Assembly: GCA_964016885.1 (NCBI GenBank)
Contig: OZ024742.1
Location: forward strand, 59,706,001-59,770,000
Length of the DNA: 64,000 bases
Direction of reading: 5' to 3'
DNA from: Eledone cirrhosa
Lineage: Eukaryota
Made by a program: the position numbers and the translations under genes. Position 1 is the first letter of the stretch, and the number at the start of each line of letters is the position of its first letter. Below, one piece after another: positions 52,616 through 64,000 of this stretch. The notes under the pieces are model-generated. The model saw only the letters and a program-made list of their open reading frames with translations. It ran no database searches and was not told where the DNA came from.

Positions 52616-52715
52616 GCTTAGCAGAGTTATGGGGGGGGGGGGATGCCGTTGTGCCACTCCCATCTTATTACTTATTCCACTCGTAAACAATGGATTATCT
52701 AATAATAATAATAAT

Positions 52716-52979
52716 AGTAAAAAGGATTTGGAACTGCCATGAAGTTAAAGTGGTCCCGATTGTCATAGGCACACTAGGTACTATCTCAAAGGGTTTCCAG
52801 GGATGGTTAAAGAAAATTGGCCCCTTCACGCTTTTTGGAACGCTTCAAAAGGCATGCTTGCTGGGAACAGCAAGAACCCTCCGATACGTCCTGAATATCT
52901 GAGGCTGCAGGCAGTGGCTTGATATTCATTTCAACAAACTTTCCAGTTAACTAACATCAATGACTGAGACTCAAAGAAC
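52716..52979 (+). mobile_element. 5'-truncated RLE-type (R4/Dong-like) non-LTR retrotransposon 3' end within (TAA)n
   Basis: KRIWNCHEVKVVPIVIGTLGTISK..LQKACLLGTARTLRYVLNI*, short UTR, (TAA)n on both sides. Confidence 0.8.
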
Positions 52980-53260
52980 AATAATAATAATAACAATAAT
53001 GCTTTCTTTATTAACCACAAGGGTTTACACAAAAATAGACATTAAGGAGAGTACAGGACAATACAGGACGGTACAAAAGGGCATTTCTGCGTGTAAAAAA
53101 ACAAAAAAACAGAGGATGTGCTAATAGAACAATGAAAAAATTCCCCCAATGGGGGGGGGGGGGAGACTTCCGAGGGACATTCGTGGAGAAAGCCTATTAA
53201 AAAGCCACAGTGACCCTCACCACCAGGGCAAGTGCCCTCTCCCAGTTTTGCACCTTTAAT

Positions 53261-56200
53261 TTACAGACACATACTCAGAGTAGGCCCATTGACTCGGGCC
53301 ATTCTTGCCTCTCTCACCCATTTTTCAACAAAATTCTGGGCAGAGAGCACTTCCCTCTCTACCCTGATTTTCTTTTTCAAATGAAATTTGAAAAAATTAA
53401 TCAGGGCATCACCGAAGAGGTAAGTGCTCGTCTTCAGCCCTTTCAAACGTGTCCACCATACTATCTCTTTCGCCATGGCCACCAGACAGATAAAAACTGC
53501 CTGCCCTTCCCGGTTAAAGGAGGAGGGCGGGGCAATCCTCACGATGGACTCAGCTGATAGCTGGATCCGTCCTACACGGGACAGCAGGTGTTCGACATAA
53601 ACCCACAAGTCAGCAATGCTCGGACACTGGACGAGTGCGTGCAGGACGGTTTCGACGCCTTGCGCGCATCTCGGACATGCCCGGCTGACGGCACCTCCAT
53701 GCTTGTAGAGTTTATCCCGAACTGACAAATATCCTCGGTAGCACTGCCAGGCCAGGGATTTCTAGAAGTTGTCCATAGGCCCCGGCCCGAAAGTTCTTCC
53801 AAAGAGATTGGCTAGTTGATTTTTGTCGACGCCTAGACTTTCCCCAAGTACATCGTCGCTCTTCCCCTCCACTAATCCTCTATAGAACGATGATGTGGGG
53901 TTTCCACCGATCACATTGCCCGATTGGTCGAGGGCTGTGAACGCCTGAAGACATTCCAGTCTCCAAGCGCTCCCTCTCGGTCTTCGCTTGACCCAGGACT
54001 GCAGCTCCGTCAAGGAGACGAGCTGGGGAAAGACGCGTCTAGCAAACGGCGACCACACTTGATCACCGTCGAGGAAAAGGTGGAGATGTCGTAGCCTAAG
54101 CGCGTGTCTGCGCATCATCAGCCACGGCATTCCCAGCCCTCCACGTAGCTGGTGTTGACAGCAGATGGACCGCCTGACCATCGGAGCGCGTCCCTTCCAC
54201 AAAAAGCGAAAGAGCAAACGCTCCAGCGCAGTCAGGCGGGGCTTAGGACAAGGTACGACGGTCAGGCGGTAGTAGATGACGGAGGCGTGTACGCGTTAGC
54301 CACCTCCGCTCGACCTTTCAGGGATAGCTTCTTCTCCGCCCATTTCTGGGTAAGAGAAGCCACCCTGATCGTCACATCGTCCCAGTTTTTGTCCGTCTGG
54401 AGGTCCGGACCGAACCAGACCCCTAGCAATTTAACCGGTCCGTCCGTCCAGCACCCGACGACGCTGTTGGACGGCTTGGACCTGCTTCTCCAGGTGCCGA
54501 GCTGCAGGCCCACTGACTATCATGTTTGATCATTGCTCCTGTCACGGCTTCGTATTCTCTTAGTGTAGTGCCGATCGCCTCGATGTGTTTGGCGTTCGAC
54601 ACCGCTACGGTGACATCGTCCGCATATACTGACTCGGATCTTCCGCATCCAAGTTCCCCCCCCCCCCCTCAACGTCTCCAGTTTGTGCAGTATTGGCTTG
54701 GGAGTCAATACGTACAAGAGGGACGAGAGGGGACATCCTTGGTGGACCGAGCGCATGATGTTGAACGGTTCCGTTGACTCTCACCACAGAGCAGATGTCG
54801 CTGTGCACAGCAGCGATCCAGCCTCCGAAGACGGGCCAAAAGCCAGCCGCCCTCAGGACTGCTGTTAGGTTACGATGGTCGAACCTATCGAAAGCTTTCG
54901 ACTGATCTAAATTGATCAAGGACCCCCCCCCCCCCCCCCCCCGTGCCAGGTTCCCTAGCTACGCTCTGCACGATGTATTGCATGAGGTGGAGGTTGTCGT
55001 GGATGGATCTGTCGGGAATGGCGCATGTCTGCACCTCTCCCACCAGACCACCAACGACAAGTGCCAACCTCCTTGCTAGCACCTTGGCCAAAATCTTGAA
55101 CTCTGTGTTTAGCAGAGTTATGGGCCTGAAATTATCTATGTTATCCACCTTGTTCGGTTCCTTTCTCAGCAGCGCCACAGCTCCTCGGCTCAGAGAGCTG
55201 GGAATTCTCCCGTTCTGTTGCCAGTTGCAGTAGACGTCCGCCAAGAGGCCTCCGAACAAGTCTGGCATCTGTACGTAAAGTTCATAGGGCAGACCATCCA
55301 AACCAGGCGATTTACCCCGTGTGCAGCCAGTCATTGCCTACCGTACTTCAGCGGCTGTTATCCGCTTTTCGCAACACTCCGCCTCAGTGGCCAAGAGCCG
55401 CGGCAGTCCCTCGAGGTAGACACTAAAGCCCATTCCTCGATCCGGCCCGCCGCTGCCCCGAACAGCTGAGCGAAGTGTCGCTGAAAAACTTCATACATTT
55501 GCCCAGGATCGAGTAGCATGCGCCCGTATTGGTCCACCAAAGACCGGATCGTGGATTTGTTGTTGCCACGACGCGCCTCGGCCACTCGGGCCCATTGAAC
55601 AGCTTTCGTCCCTTCGTGTCTGAGAGCACGCACCCTAGCTCTGACAACGCAGCCTTCGTGCTTTGCATTGAAGAATTGGTCAAGGGCCAATTTCGCCGCA
55701 AGTACATCGGTACGATGCCTTTGCTAAGCGCCTCGTCTAATTTTCTAACTAGTTCTCCCTCTGCTCTATTTTTCTCTATAGCTAAAGCCTTATTAAACAT
55801 AATGGACTCTATTCTAATGGCTCTTTTCAGAGCAAACCACCACTTGTTGCCGATGGCCCCCGTCAACGCTCGCTTAACTAGTTCGCTAATCCGGTCTCTG
55901 TAGGCCTTGCGCGCTGGTAAGGACGCGTTTAGCTTCCAGTAGCCGGGTCCTCGTCTATGAAGCCTATCTAAGTCAAGCACACAGATCACGAATGTGTGGT
56001 CCGTGTAGCTAACTATCTTGAATTGCGGACAGCCTAGGCTAGACTTATATATTTCCCTACAAAATACTCTATCTAGATATGATCTGGATGACCCAACCCG
56101 GTTTGTCCAAGTCCTCATTGGCACATTCGGGAAATCCAATCGGTACCTGTCAGACAGTTCAAAACGCCTGAGCAGGTTGGTGAGGCTCTTGCACCCTCCT

Positions 56201-56667
56201 CTCCTATCCGCTAATCCCACAGAGTCCCACCTTGCATCTAAGATCCCGTTCCAGTCACCCACTAACACTAAAGAGCGGAACGTTCCTAGAAAGTTTTCCA
56301 GACGCCGGAAGAATCAGGTCGCCCTGCTCCTGTCGGGGCATAGACGGCCACTAGCCTGAAAGTTTGCCCGTCTACGCTGGTCACGTCTAGCACCACCAAC
56401 TTACCTTCTGGGTCAAGGAAGATGGCCCTATGGCGAGATCCAAACCTCTCCGACAAAGCACAGCAACTCCTCACCCCGATCCAGGACGGCTGGGAGATGC
56501 GTACACATTGTAGCCGCCGAAGATCGGTGTGAAGGCCCGTGCTTAGGAGATTCTGGTCTCGCTGATGGCCACTACATCTATGTTTAGTGACCTGAGGTCG
56601 TTGAGCCGTGCTTCCATGACGACCCCAAGCCACGCGCATTTATGCTGCCTATTCTGAGTGAGGTCAT
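53261..56667 (-). pseudogene. LINE ORF2 (APE-RT-CCHC), multiply frameshifted
   Basis: GDWNG, SYLDRV, YTDH, KSPGLDGL, FRPITLLN, LDQSKAFD, HQGCPLS, AYADD, CPRC..ETVLHALVQC. Confidence 0.92.
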
Positions 56668-56699
56668 GTTGAAATGGAGTGGAAAAGATGGGAAAGACC

Positions 56700-58438
56700 A
56701 CTTACCTTACTTCTCGTAGAGGAAGGATGGTTTCTCCATCCCTTTCCACTTGCTCGTCTGGTGAAGGGACCGTTGAATCGTCCCTTCGGCTGGTTCTCGG
56801 CTCTTCTGTGAGTATATCCTATATACTCTCTAATTGAGTGTCCCTCCTAGGTCTCTGAAATCACCAACTGCGTTGGGGAATTTTATTTTAATGTTTGTGT
56901 ATTGTTTCTGTGTTATTCTTACCAGTCTTATGTTCGTTGGTGTTTTGATTGGTGCTGGTATTATGTAGTCGTGCTGTGAAATGTCTGTGTTCAATTATGT
57001 AAGTCATTAGTTTCTTGTTGTGTGTATTTATTGCTGTGCATTTATTTTTCTGGGGGTGGGGTGTGGTTCTGCTATTTTCTTGTCGTTGTTGCTGGGTGTG
57101 TGTGTTTGTTGTGTTTGCGATGTTGGTGCTTGTGGTGGTGGTGTTGAAGGTGTTGTTGTTGTTGGCGGTGGGGTTGCTGCCGGTGGTGATGGTGGTGCTA
57201 GTGTGGGTGGTGATGGTGTTGGTGGTGTTGCTGCTGTAAGTCTCTTTACAGTAGCCTTTACCCTTTTTTCATTTCTTCCCTCCCTTTTCGAAGGCGACGA
57301 TACGCTGCTTCTGCGTTTGGGCCTTTTTGCGACCTTTTGCCATGCCTCTCCCACCTCACACTCCATGTTCGATTCTGTGAGGTCGGGGAGGGGTACCAGC
57401 TCCACTCTTTCACTTCTTCTTGTTGGTGATGGTTGCAGTGGAGTCTCTGTTGCAGCTGCAGTTGGTATTACTGTTGTTGTTGTTAATACTTCCACAGATG
57501 CTGTTGTTCTTGATTTCCGTGGCGTGGGTATGGGTGCCACGAACATACCCTTCCTGCTTGCCGCCTGTCCTGATGCTGGTAGCAGTGGAGCCGGTATCGA
57601 ATGGAGGGGGGTTTTCTTCTTTCTCAGGTTTTTCTCATTGCAGAACGCCCTGAGATGAGTCTTCGACCCACAGCGAAAGCATTTCGGGCGTTTGCCCTCA
57701 ACACTTATGTGAAGTTGAGTGCCGCTATCGAAGTCTATCAGATCCGGGATAGCTTCGATGCACTCCTGGTTGGTTTGGATTAACATCTCAATGGAGGTGC
57801 CTACCAAATCGTACTTTTTTTCTGTACTTGCAGTACAGTTGTTTTGTCTTCGATTCCTACGAGAACAGACGCGGCCAGCCAAGAAGGGGCCATCCGGGGG
57901 GGGGGGTCAGTCTGACCCTCACAATTTTTTGCCCGCAGTAGGAGGGCACCAACACCATTACCTCGCTCCTCTAGGGTCACTAAGGATTGAGCCTTTGCCT
58001 CCTGGGGTGTGGCAAAAAGCACGTCCACGGTCGCATATTTCTTGCCTCGGGTGATATGCGTTTTTTGCTGCCACACAGACCCTAAGGCTTTTTGTATTTG
58101 AGCCTCTGTGGCTCTTTCAACCCTACGTAATGTTGTGCTTACTGTACGGTTGTGACCGTACAGTGCTGCTTAGGTTTCGAAAATTTTTTTGGCTGCCTTG
58201 CAGATTGCTCGATGTCCGGTTTTCGTCACCATCATCTTTGCTTCCTGTAATTCCTCATTTGTTATAAGGATGGTTTCCAGGTTCTTTGCGATACCTGCAA
58301 ACGAGATTGGTTTTTATTTCTTGCTGTTGTTGTTGTTGTCGTCAGAGCTGCTGTTACTTTTGTTGTTGCTGCTGGTAATACGACCGCCGCCGCAGCTGTT
58401 GCTGTGGTTGTTGTTATTGTTGCTGCTTCTGCTGTTGT

Positions 58439-58469
<31 letters not shown>

Positions 58470-58700
58470 TATGCTGCTGCTGATGTTGTTGCGGCTGCTA
58501 CTAGTGTTTTCCTTGTCACTGTTGCTGCTGCTGCTGTTATTACGGCTGCTGCTGCTATTTTTCATGTCGTTAGACGAATGAAATGGCTTTCCGTATTTAT
58601 CGCACACATTTTTCATCGTTGTCGTCGTCGTGGAGAAATGTTCCTCGGAATGCACGTTCTCTTGGTGAAATCTACCAGAAACTATATTTTTCTTTTTCTT
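56700..58700 (-). pseudogene. LINE ORF1 with CCHC knuckle and low-complexity trinucleotide N-terminus
   Basis: EGKRPKCFRCGSKTHLRAFC; (CAA/CAG)-rich block at 58320-58560. Limits approximate. Confidence 0.78.
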
Positions 58701-59341
58701 TAATGGCGTCGCTTGCGAAAGAGGCGACACCACATTTAGGGAAGGGGTGGGGGTGACAATCTTCTCTCTGATGTAGTGACGATTGAGGAAGAAGAAGGCG
58801 GAATGAGTGAGAGTGACTTGTGAAAATTCTTTTTTGTAGACATGTTTTTTTTTGTTTAAAATGAATATTGGGCACAAAACACCAATAAGCGGTTATTTAA
58901 CCCCGAAGGGCCAAATAACGGACAGAAAGACCCCTCTCACGAGGAGGAGGGTGTTTTTATCTACAATTTGGTTCAAGTTTTAAACAATTTACAATTGTTA
59001 TAGCGGTTAAAAATTACTATACCTTACAGAGCCGAACCTCCGTCAACCATGGCATTCAATAATAATAATAATAATGATTTCATTTAATGGCCACAAGGGC
59101 CGACACATAGGGGACAATAGAAAAGACTGGGACAGTGGGGTTTTACAGAAAAATCGAGTAAACAATATGAATAACAATAACAAAGTAACAATAAAGTAAC
59201 AATAAAATTACAAGAAAAAATTCCCCAATAGGGGGGGGGGTGACTATCTAGGTTTCGCTCAGATACCCAACCAATCCTGAGCGACCCGACGCTTCGAGAG
59301 CACCCTGGAAGGGCACCCCTCTCCTCTTCAAATTTACCTAC

Positions 59342-62300
59342 CTACAGCCGTATGACCAGAGTAGGCCCACTCACACGGGCCATTCTCGCCACATTCACCC
59401 ACCTTTCAGCAAATGTATTGGGGGCAGCGCTTCTCTCTCCACCCTCACCTTCCTTTCCAAGTGAAACTTGAAAAACTTGATGAGGGATTGGCCGAAGAGA
59501 AAAGTGTCTGTCTTCAGTCTTTTCAACCTCGTCCACCATACAATCTCTTTCGCTACTGCCACCAGACAGAGGAAAATTGCCTGCCCTTCCTGGCCAAAAG
59601 AAGGCGGTGGGTCGATCTTCACTATGGACTCGGCCGATAGCCGGATCCGTTCTACACGCGACAACAGCTGTTCAACATAACTCCACAAGTCAGTAATGCA
59701 CGGACACTGGACGAGTGCGTGCAGAACGGTTTCGTCGCTCTGCGCGCATCTCGGGCAGGTCCGTCTGACAGCACTTCCGTGCCTGTAGAGTTTATCTCGA
59801 ACCGGCAGTGTCCCCCGGTATCACTGCCAAGCGAAGGATTTTTGGAAATTATCCATCGTCCCCGGCTCGAAAGTCCTCCGGTACAGACTGGTTAGTTCGA
59901 CTTCGTTGACTCCCAGAGCCTCTCCGAGTGCCTCGTCGCACTTGCCCACCACTAATCCTCTATAGAACTCGATAGTGGAAGTTCCACTGACCGCATTGCC
60001 CGCCTGGTAGAGGGCAGTGAGTGCCTGGCAACATTCCAGATGCCAGTCACCCAGTCTCGGTCTCTTCTTGACCCAGGACTGCAACTCAGTCAAAGAAACA
60101 GAGCTGCGGAAAGGCCCCTCTGACAAACGGCGACCACACCTGTTCACCGTTTAGGCAGAATATCCGGAGATGCCGCAGCCTCAGCGCGTGCCTGCGCATC
60201 ATTAGCCACGGCATGCCCAGCCCTCCACGTAGAGGGTGCCGGCAGCAGATGGACCGCCTCATCAGCGGAACCTGACACCTCCACTAGAATTTGAAGAGGA
60301 GCCGCTCCAAGATGGCGAGGCGCGAACGGGGGCAAGGGACGACAGTCAGACGGTAGTAGATGACGGACGCGATGTACGCGTTCGCCACCTCCGCCCGACC
60401 TTTTCGTGATAGATTCATCCCAGCCCATTTCAGCGTGAGACTGACTACCCTGCCCGTCACCTCGTCCCAATTCTTATCCACCTGGAGGCCTGGCCCGAAC
60501 CAAACCCCTAGCAACTTTACCGGTCCGTCCGTCCAGCGCCTAACGACGCTGTTGGACGGCATGGACTTGCCTCTCCAGGTGCCGAGTTGCAAGCCCACTG
60601 ACTTTTCCGGGTTCAGTTTTGCTCCCGTCAACCTTTCATATTCCTCCAATATGTTGCCGACCACCTCGATTTCTGAGGTGTCCGACACCATCACGGTGAT
60701 GTCGTCCGCATAAGCCGACACAACCTTTCCGCGTCCCGGTTCGAGCGGGATGCCCTGAAACAGCTACAGCTTCCGCAGTAAAGGCTCGAGAGTCAATACG
60801 TACAGAAGGGAGGAGAGAGGGCACCATTGACGGACCGATCGGGAGACCTGAAACGCTACCGAGAGGTGGCCAGTAATTTTGACCATCGAGCAGGTGCCGC
60901 TGTGCATTGCAGCGATCCAGCTTCTGCAGACGGGGCCGAAGCCAGCCGCCTTGAGGACAGCCTCCAGGTACCGATGGTAGACCCTATCGAATGCTGGCGA
61001 TTGATCTAAATTGATCAGAGCCCCACCGAAGCCAGGTTTACACCCTACCCTCTCTATGATATATTGCATTAGGTGGAGGTTGTCGTGTATGGACCTGGTT
61101 GAGATTGCGCAAGTTTGCGCCTCCCCTACCAAATCCGCGACGACAATCGCCAACCTCTTCGCTAACACCCTGGCCAAAATCTTAGACTCTGTGTTGAGCA
61201 GAGTTATAGGCCTGAAATTGTCTAATGTGTCCCTCTTGTTGTCGTTTTTCCTTATCAGCGTGACTACGCCCCGACTCACAGAACTAGGAATACTCCCGTT
61301 TTGCTGCCAGTTGCAGTAGAGGGCTTTGAGGAGATTGGAGAACAAGTCTGGCATATTTACGTAAAGCTCGTAGGGCAGACCATCCAAACCGGGTGACTTG
61401 CGCCTCATGCAGCCGACAAGGGTATCCTGAATCTCGGCTGAAGTAATTGGCCTTTCGCAGCGCCCAGCGTCAGCCGTCGAGAGTTGCGGCAAGCCATCGA
61501 GGTAGGGACTGAAGTCCGCCACCATCTCTGACCCGCCACTCCCCCGAACAACCGAGCAAAATGTTGGCGAAAGGCCTCACACATCCTCTTGGAATCGCTC
61601 AGCTCGTGCTCGTCTCGGTCCGTCAAAGACCGAATCGTGGTTTTATTACCACGCTGCGCCTCCGCCAGGCGGCCCCATCGAACAGCTTTGGTTCCCTCGT
61701 TTCTCAGAGCACGCGCCTTAGCTCTGACACTGCAACCTTCGTGTTTCGCATTGAAGAAATGGTCTAATGCCATTCTCGCCGCTAGCACATCAGTTGCAAT
61801 GCCACTACCAATAGCCTCGTCTAACTTATCTACCAACTCCCCCTCCTTTCTATTTTTCTCTAATGCTAGTTCTTTGCTAAACTCTATCGACATTACTCTA
61901 ATCTGTCTTTTGAGAGCCCCCCCCCCCTACCATCTATTGTTGACGATTCCCCCTGTCAACTTTTTCTTAACTAAATTGTTGACCTGGTCCCTGTAAGACT
62001 TACGTGCCGGAAATGACATGTTTAGCTTCCAGTAACCAGGTCCTAACCTACGCGTCTTATCTAGGTCGACCATACAGATCACAAACTTGTGATCTGAATA
62101 GTCGACCGTTTTAAAACGTGGACAGCTTACACTATTTCTGTCTATTTTCCTAATGAATATCCTGTCTATATACGATCTAGATGACCCTATGCGGTTAGCT
62201 GAGGTCCATACTGGCGCATTAGGGAAATCTAGTCGGTACCTGTCAGACAGTTGGAACTCGCTGATTAGGTTCTTGAGGCTTTTGCACCCCCCGCTCCTAT

Positions 62301-62768
62301 CGGATACTCCCACACAGTCCCAGCTTGCGTCTAAGATGCCGTTTCAGTCCCCCGCTAACAGTAAAGGGCGAGACGTACACAGAAAGGGTCCAGGCGTCTA
62401 AAAAAGTCCGGCCGTCCTGCCCCAGTAGGCGCATAGACGGCCACCAGTCTAAAGGCACCACCTTAATTATTGTTCACGTCCAGGACCACCAACTTCCCGT
62501 CCGGGTCCCGGAAGATCGACCTTACCTCGAGATCCAGGCCTTTCCTAAACAGCACTGCCACCCTGCCTCCCATTCCCGACCGGCTAACAGATACAAAAAT
62601 CTGATAGTCGTCGAAAATGGGGGATAGTGCGTGCGTGTCGGAAATCGTGGTCTCGCTGACTGCAATTACATCCATTTCTATAGAGCTGAGGTCGTTGAAC
62701 AGGTGACCCTGCTTCCAGGACGATCCCAGGCCTCGAACATTTAAACATCCTACTCTTAATACGGCCAT
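59342..62768 (-). pseudogene. LINE ORF2 (APE-RT-CCHC), frameshifted
   Basis: MAVLRVGCLNVRGL, SYIDRI, YSDH, KSPGLDGL, FRPITLLN, AYADD. Confidence 0.92.
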
Positions 62769-62799
62769 GTTGGCAGGTTAAACAGAGAGAGAGGAAGGT

Positions 62800-64000
62800 T
62801 TACTTACCTTCCGGGCTCTTGTGAAGGTCGGGTTGTTCGACCTCCATAGTTAGTGGGATTTCTTTTGGGAACCCCTTTAAAAGTCTTGAAGTGGGTTTTA
62901 CGTTCGGGGTGCCCACGGCCCGAGGAAAGCTGTCTTGTATTTCTTTGAATATGTCGAGTGACATTCGCACCAGTACCAAATCTTCCGGCACGCGAAATGT
63001 GCTCGATTTAAAAATTTCCCCCTCTTTTTGTATATTTTCACTTCGTGCTACGAGGGCCATCAGTTCCTTGTTGGCCCTCCTGACGAGCACGAAGTTTTGT
63101 ATGTTTTGTTGGTGTGATTTTCTTTGTTTGCGTGGCTGTGGTGGTGATGGTTTTGGTGGTGTTGTTTCGGTTGTATCTGTGTTTGTTGTGAGTGCGGTGT
63201 CTGTGGTTTCAGATGTTTGTGTGTATATTTGTTCTTGCGTCTGTTTCGGTTGTTTGCGTTTGGGGGATTCTGGTGATGATGATGGTGGTGTTGATGTTGG
63301 TGTTATTGGGGAGATGTTTGCGTGGGTGGTGTGTGCGTTTTTTATTGTGGGGGCTTTTGTGCTTTGTTTAAGTTTTTTTTTTCTTTTTGTGTTTCCTTTT
63401 TTGTATTTTGGGGGATTTTGGATTTCCCTCATTTTCACTACTGGTAGATGAGGCGTCTGCGTCTGTAAGTGTGTCTGTATGTATGTTTATGGTTTTATTG
63501 GTGTGTGTATTTTTGGGGGGAGGGGGAATTTGACAGCTTTACTCGTTTCCCCCCTGGGTGGTCAATGTTGGTGGTGGTCTTTCTATTGATGTTGTGGTTG
63601 GTGGTTTTGCCGGTGCTGGTGTTGGTTGTTGTCCTCGCCCCTTGCCTCTTTCAGCAGTTGAGGGCAGAAGGCTCGCAAATGGGTTTTTTCCCCACAAACA
63701 AAACATTGCGGCCTTTTGCCTTCGGTCATAATGTGAATGACCGTCCCATTCTGAAGGCGGATGTGGTCCGGGATTGTCTTCACATTCTCGGGCCTGATCT
63801 GGAGAAGGATCTCCAGGTCAACCCCGGACCAGTCCTCTCTGGCCGTTCTGGTCACTTCTATAGGGACTGTATCCGTCCCCTTCACAATCACACATCCCAG
63901 AAGCCACCACATGTCAAGTCCTGGTGGGATTCTGGGAATGCGGAGACGGGCCGTTCTTTTTCCCATGCGGGAGGGGTACATTATGACCTTGCTGGTTTTG
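62800..64000 (-). pseudogene. LINE ORF1 (partial), CCHC knuckle
   Basis: EGKRPQCFVCGEKTHLRAFC; homologous to ORF1 at 21211 and 57028. Confidence 0.82.

Larger units (their letters stand above)
53001..59057 (-). mobile_element. full-length degenerate Tx1/L1-clade LINE (element A) flanked by (ATT)n
   Basis: 5' UTR, ORF1, ORF2, AATAAA; (AAT)n at 52980-53000 and 59058-59075. Confidence 0.9.
59076..64000 (-). mobile_element. Tx1/L1-clade LINE (element B), 5' end beyond the window
   Basis: 3' UTR abuts (AAT)6; ORF2 and most of ORF1 present. Confidence 0.92.

Noticed and set aside
58189-58703. Poly-Leu/Val/Ala membrane-like ORFs
   Set aside because: Antisense readings of a trinucleotide-rich block in LINE ORF1.

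Overview
Eukaryotic, AT-rich, microsatellite-dense intergenic or intronic DNA. No host protein-coding gene can be supported. The tRNA-derived SINEs resemble octopus families, so a cephalopod genome is inferred. The window is almost entirely nested mobile DNA: a PHD-finger-bearing CRE-clade retrotransposon, six Tx1/L1-clade LINE copies (five abutting (TATC)n or (ATT)n microsatellites), an RTE LINE with three C-terminal C2H2 fingers, a Dong/R4-like fragment in (TAA)n, a Gypsy relic, Helitron remnants split by a 14-kb hAT-bounded block, MITEs and SINEs. The most notable signal is a self-cleaving RNA system. A 3.8-kb array of apparently identical 311-bp, highly structured units (35329-39154) carries a minimal type I hammerhead ribozyme in each complete unit (12 in total), has an internal inversion and sits inside (TA)n, as expected for a retrozyme or Penelope-dependent element. 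At least eight further, sequence-diverse hammerhead-like loci lie near (TA)n tracts; several are divergent foldbacks and two carry a compensatory U3-A8 core.
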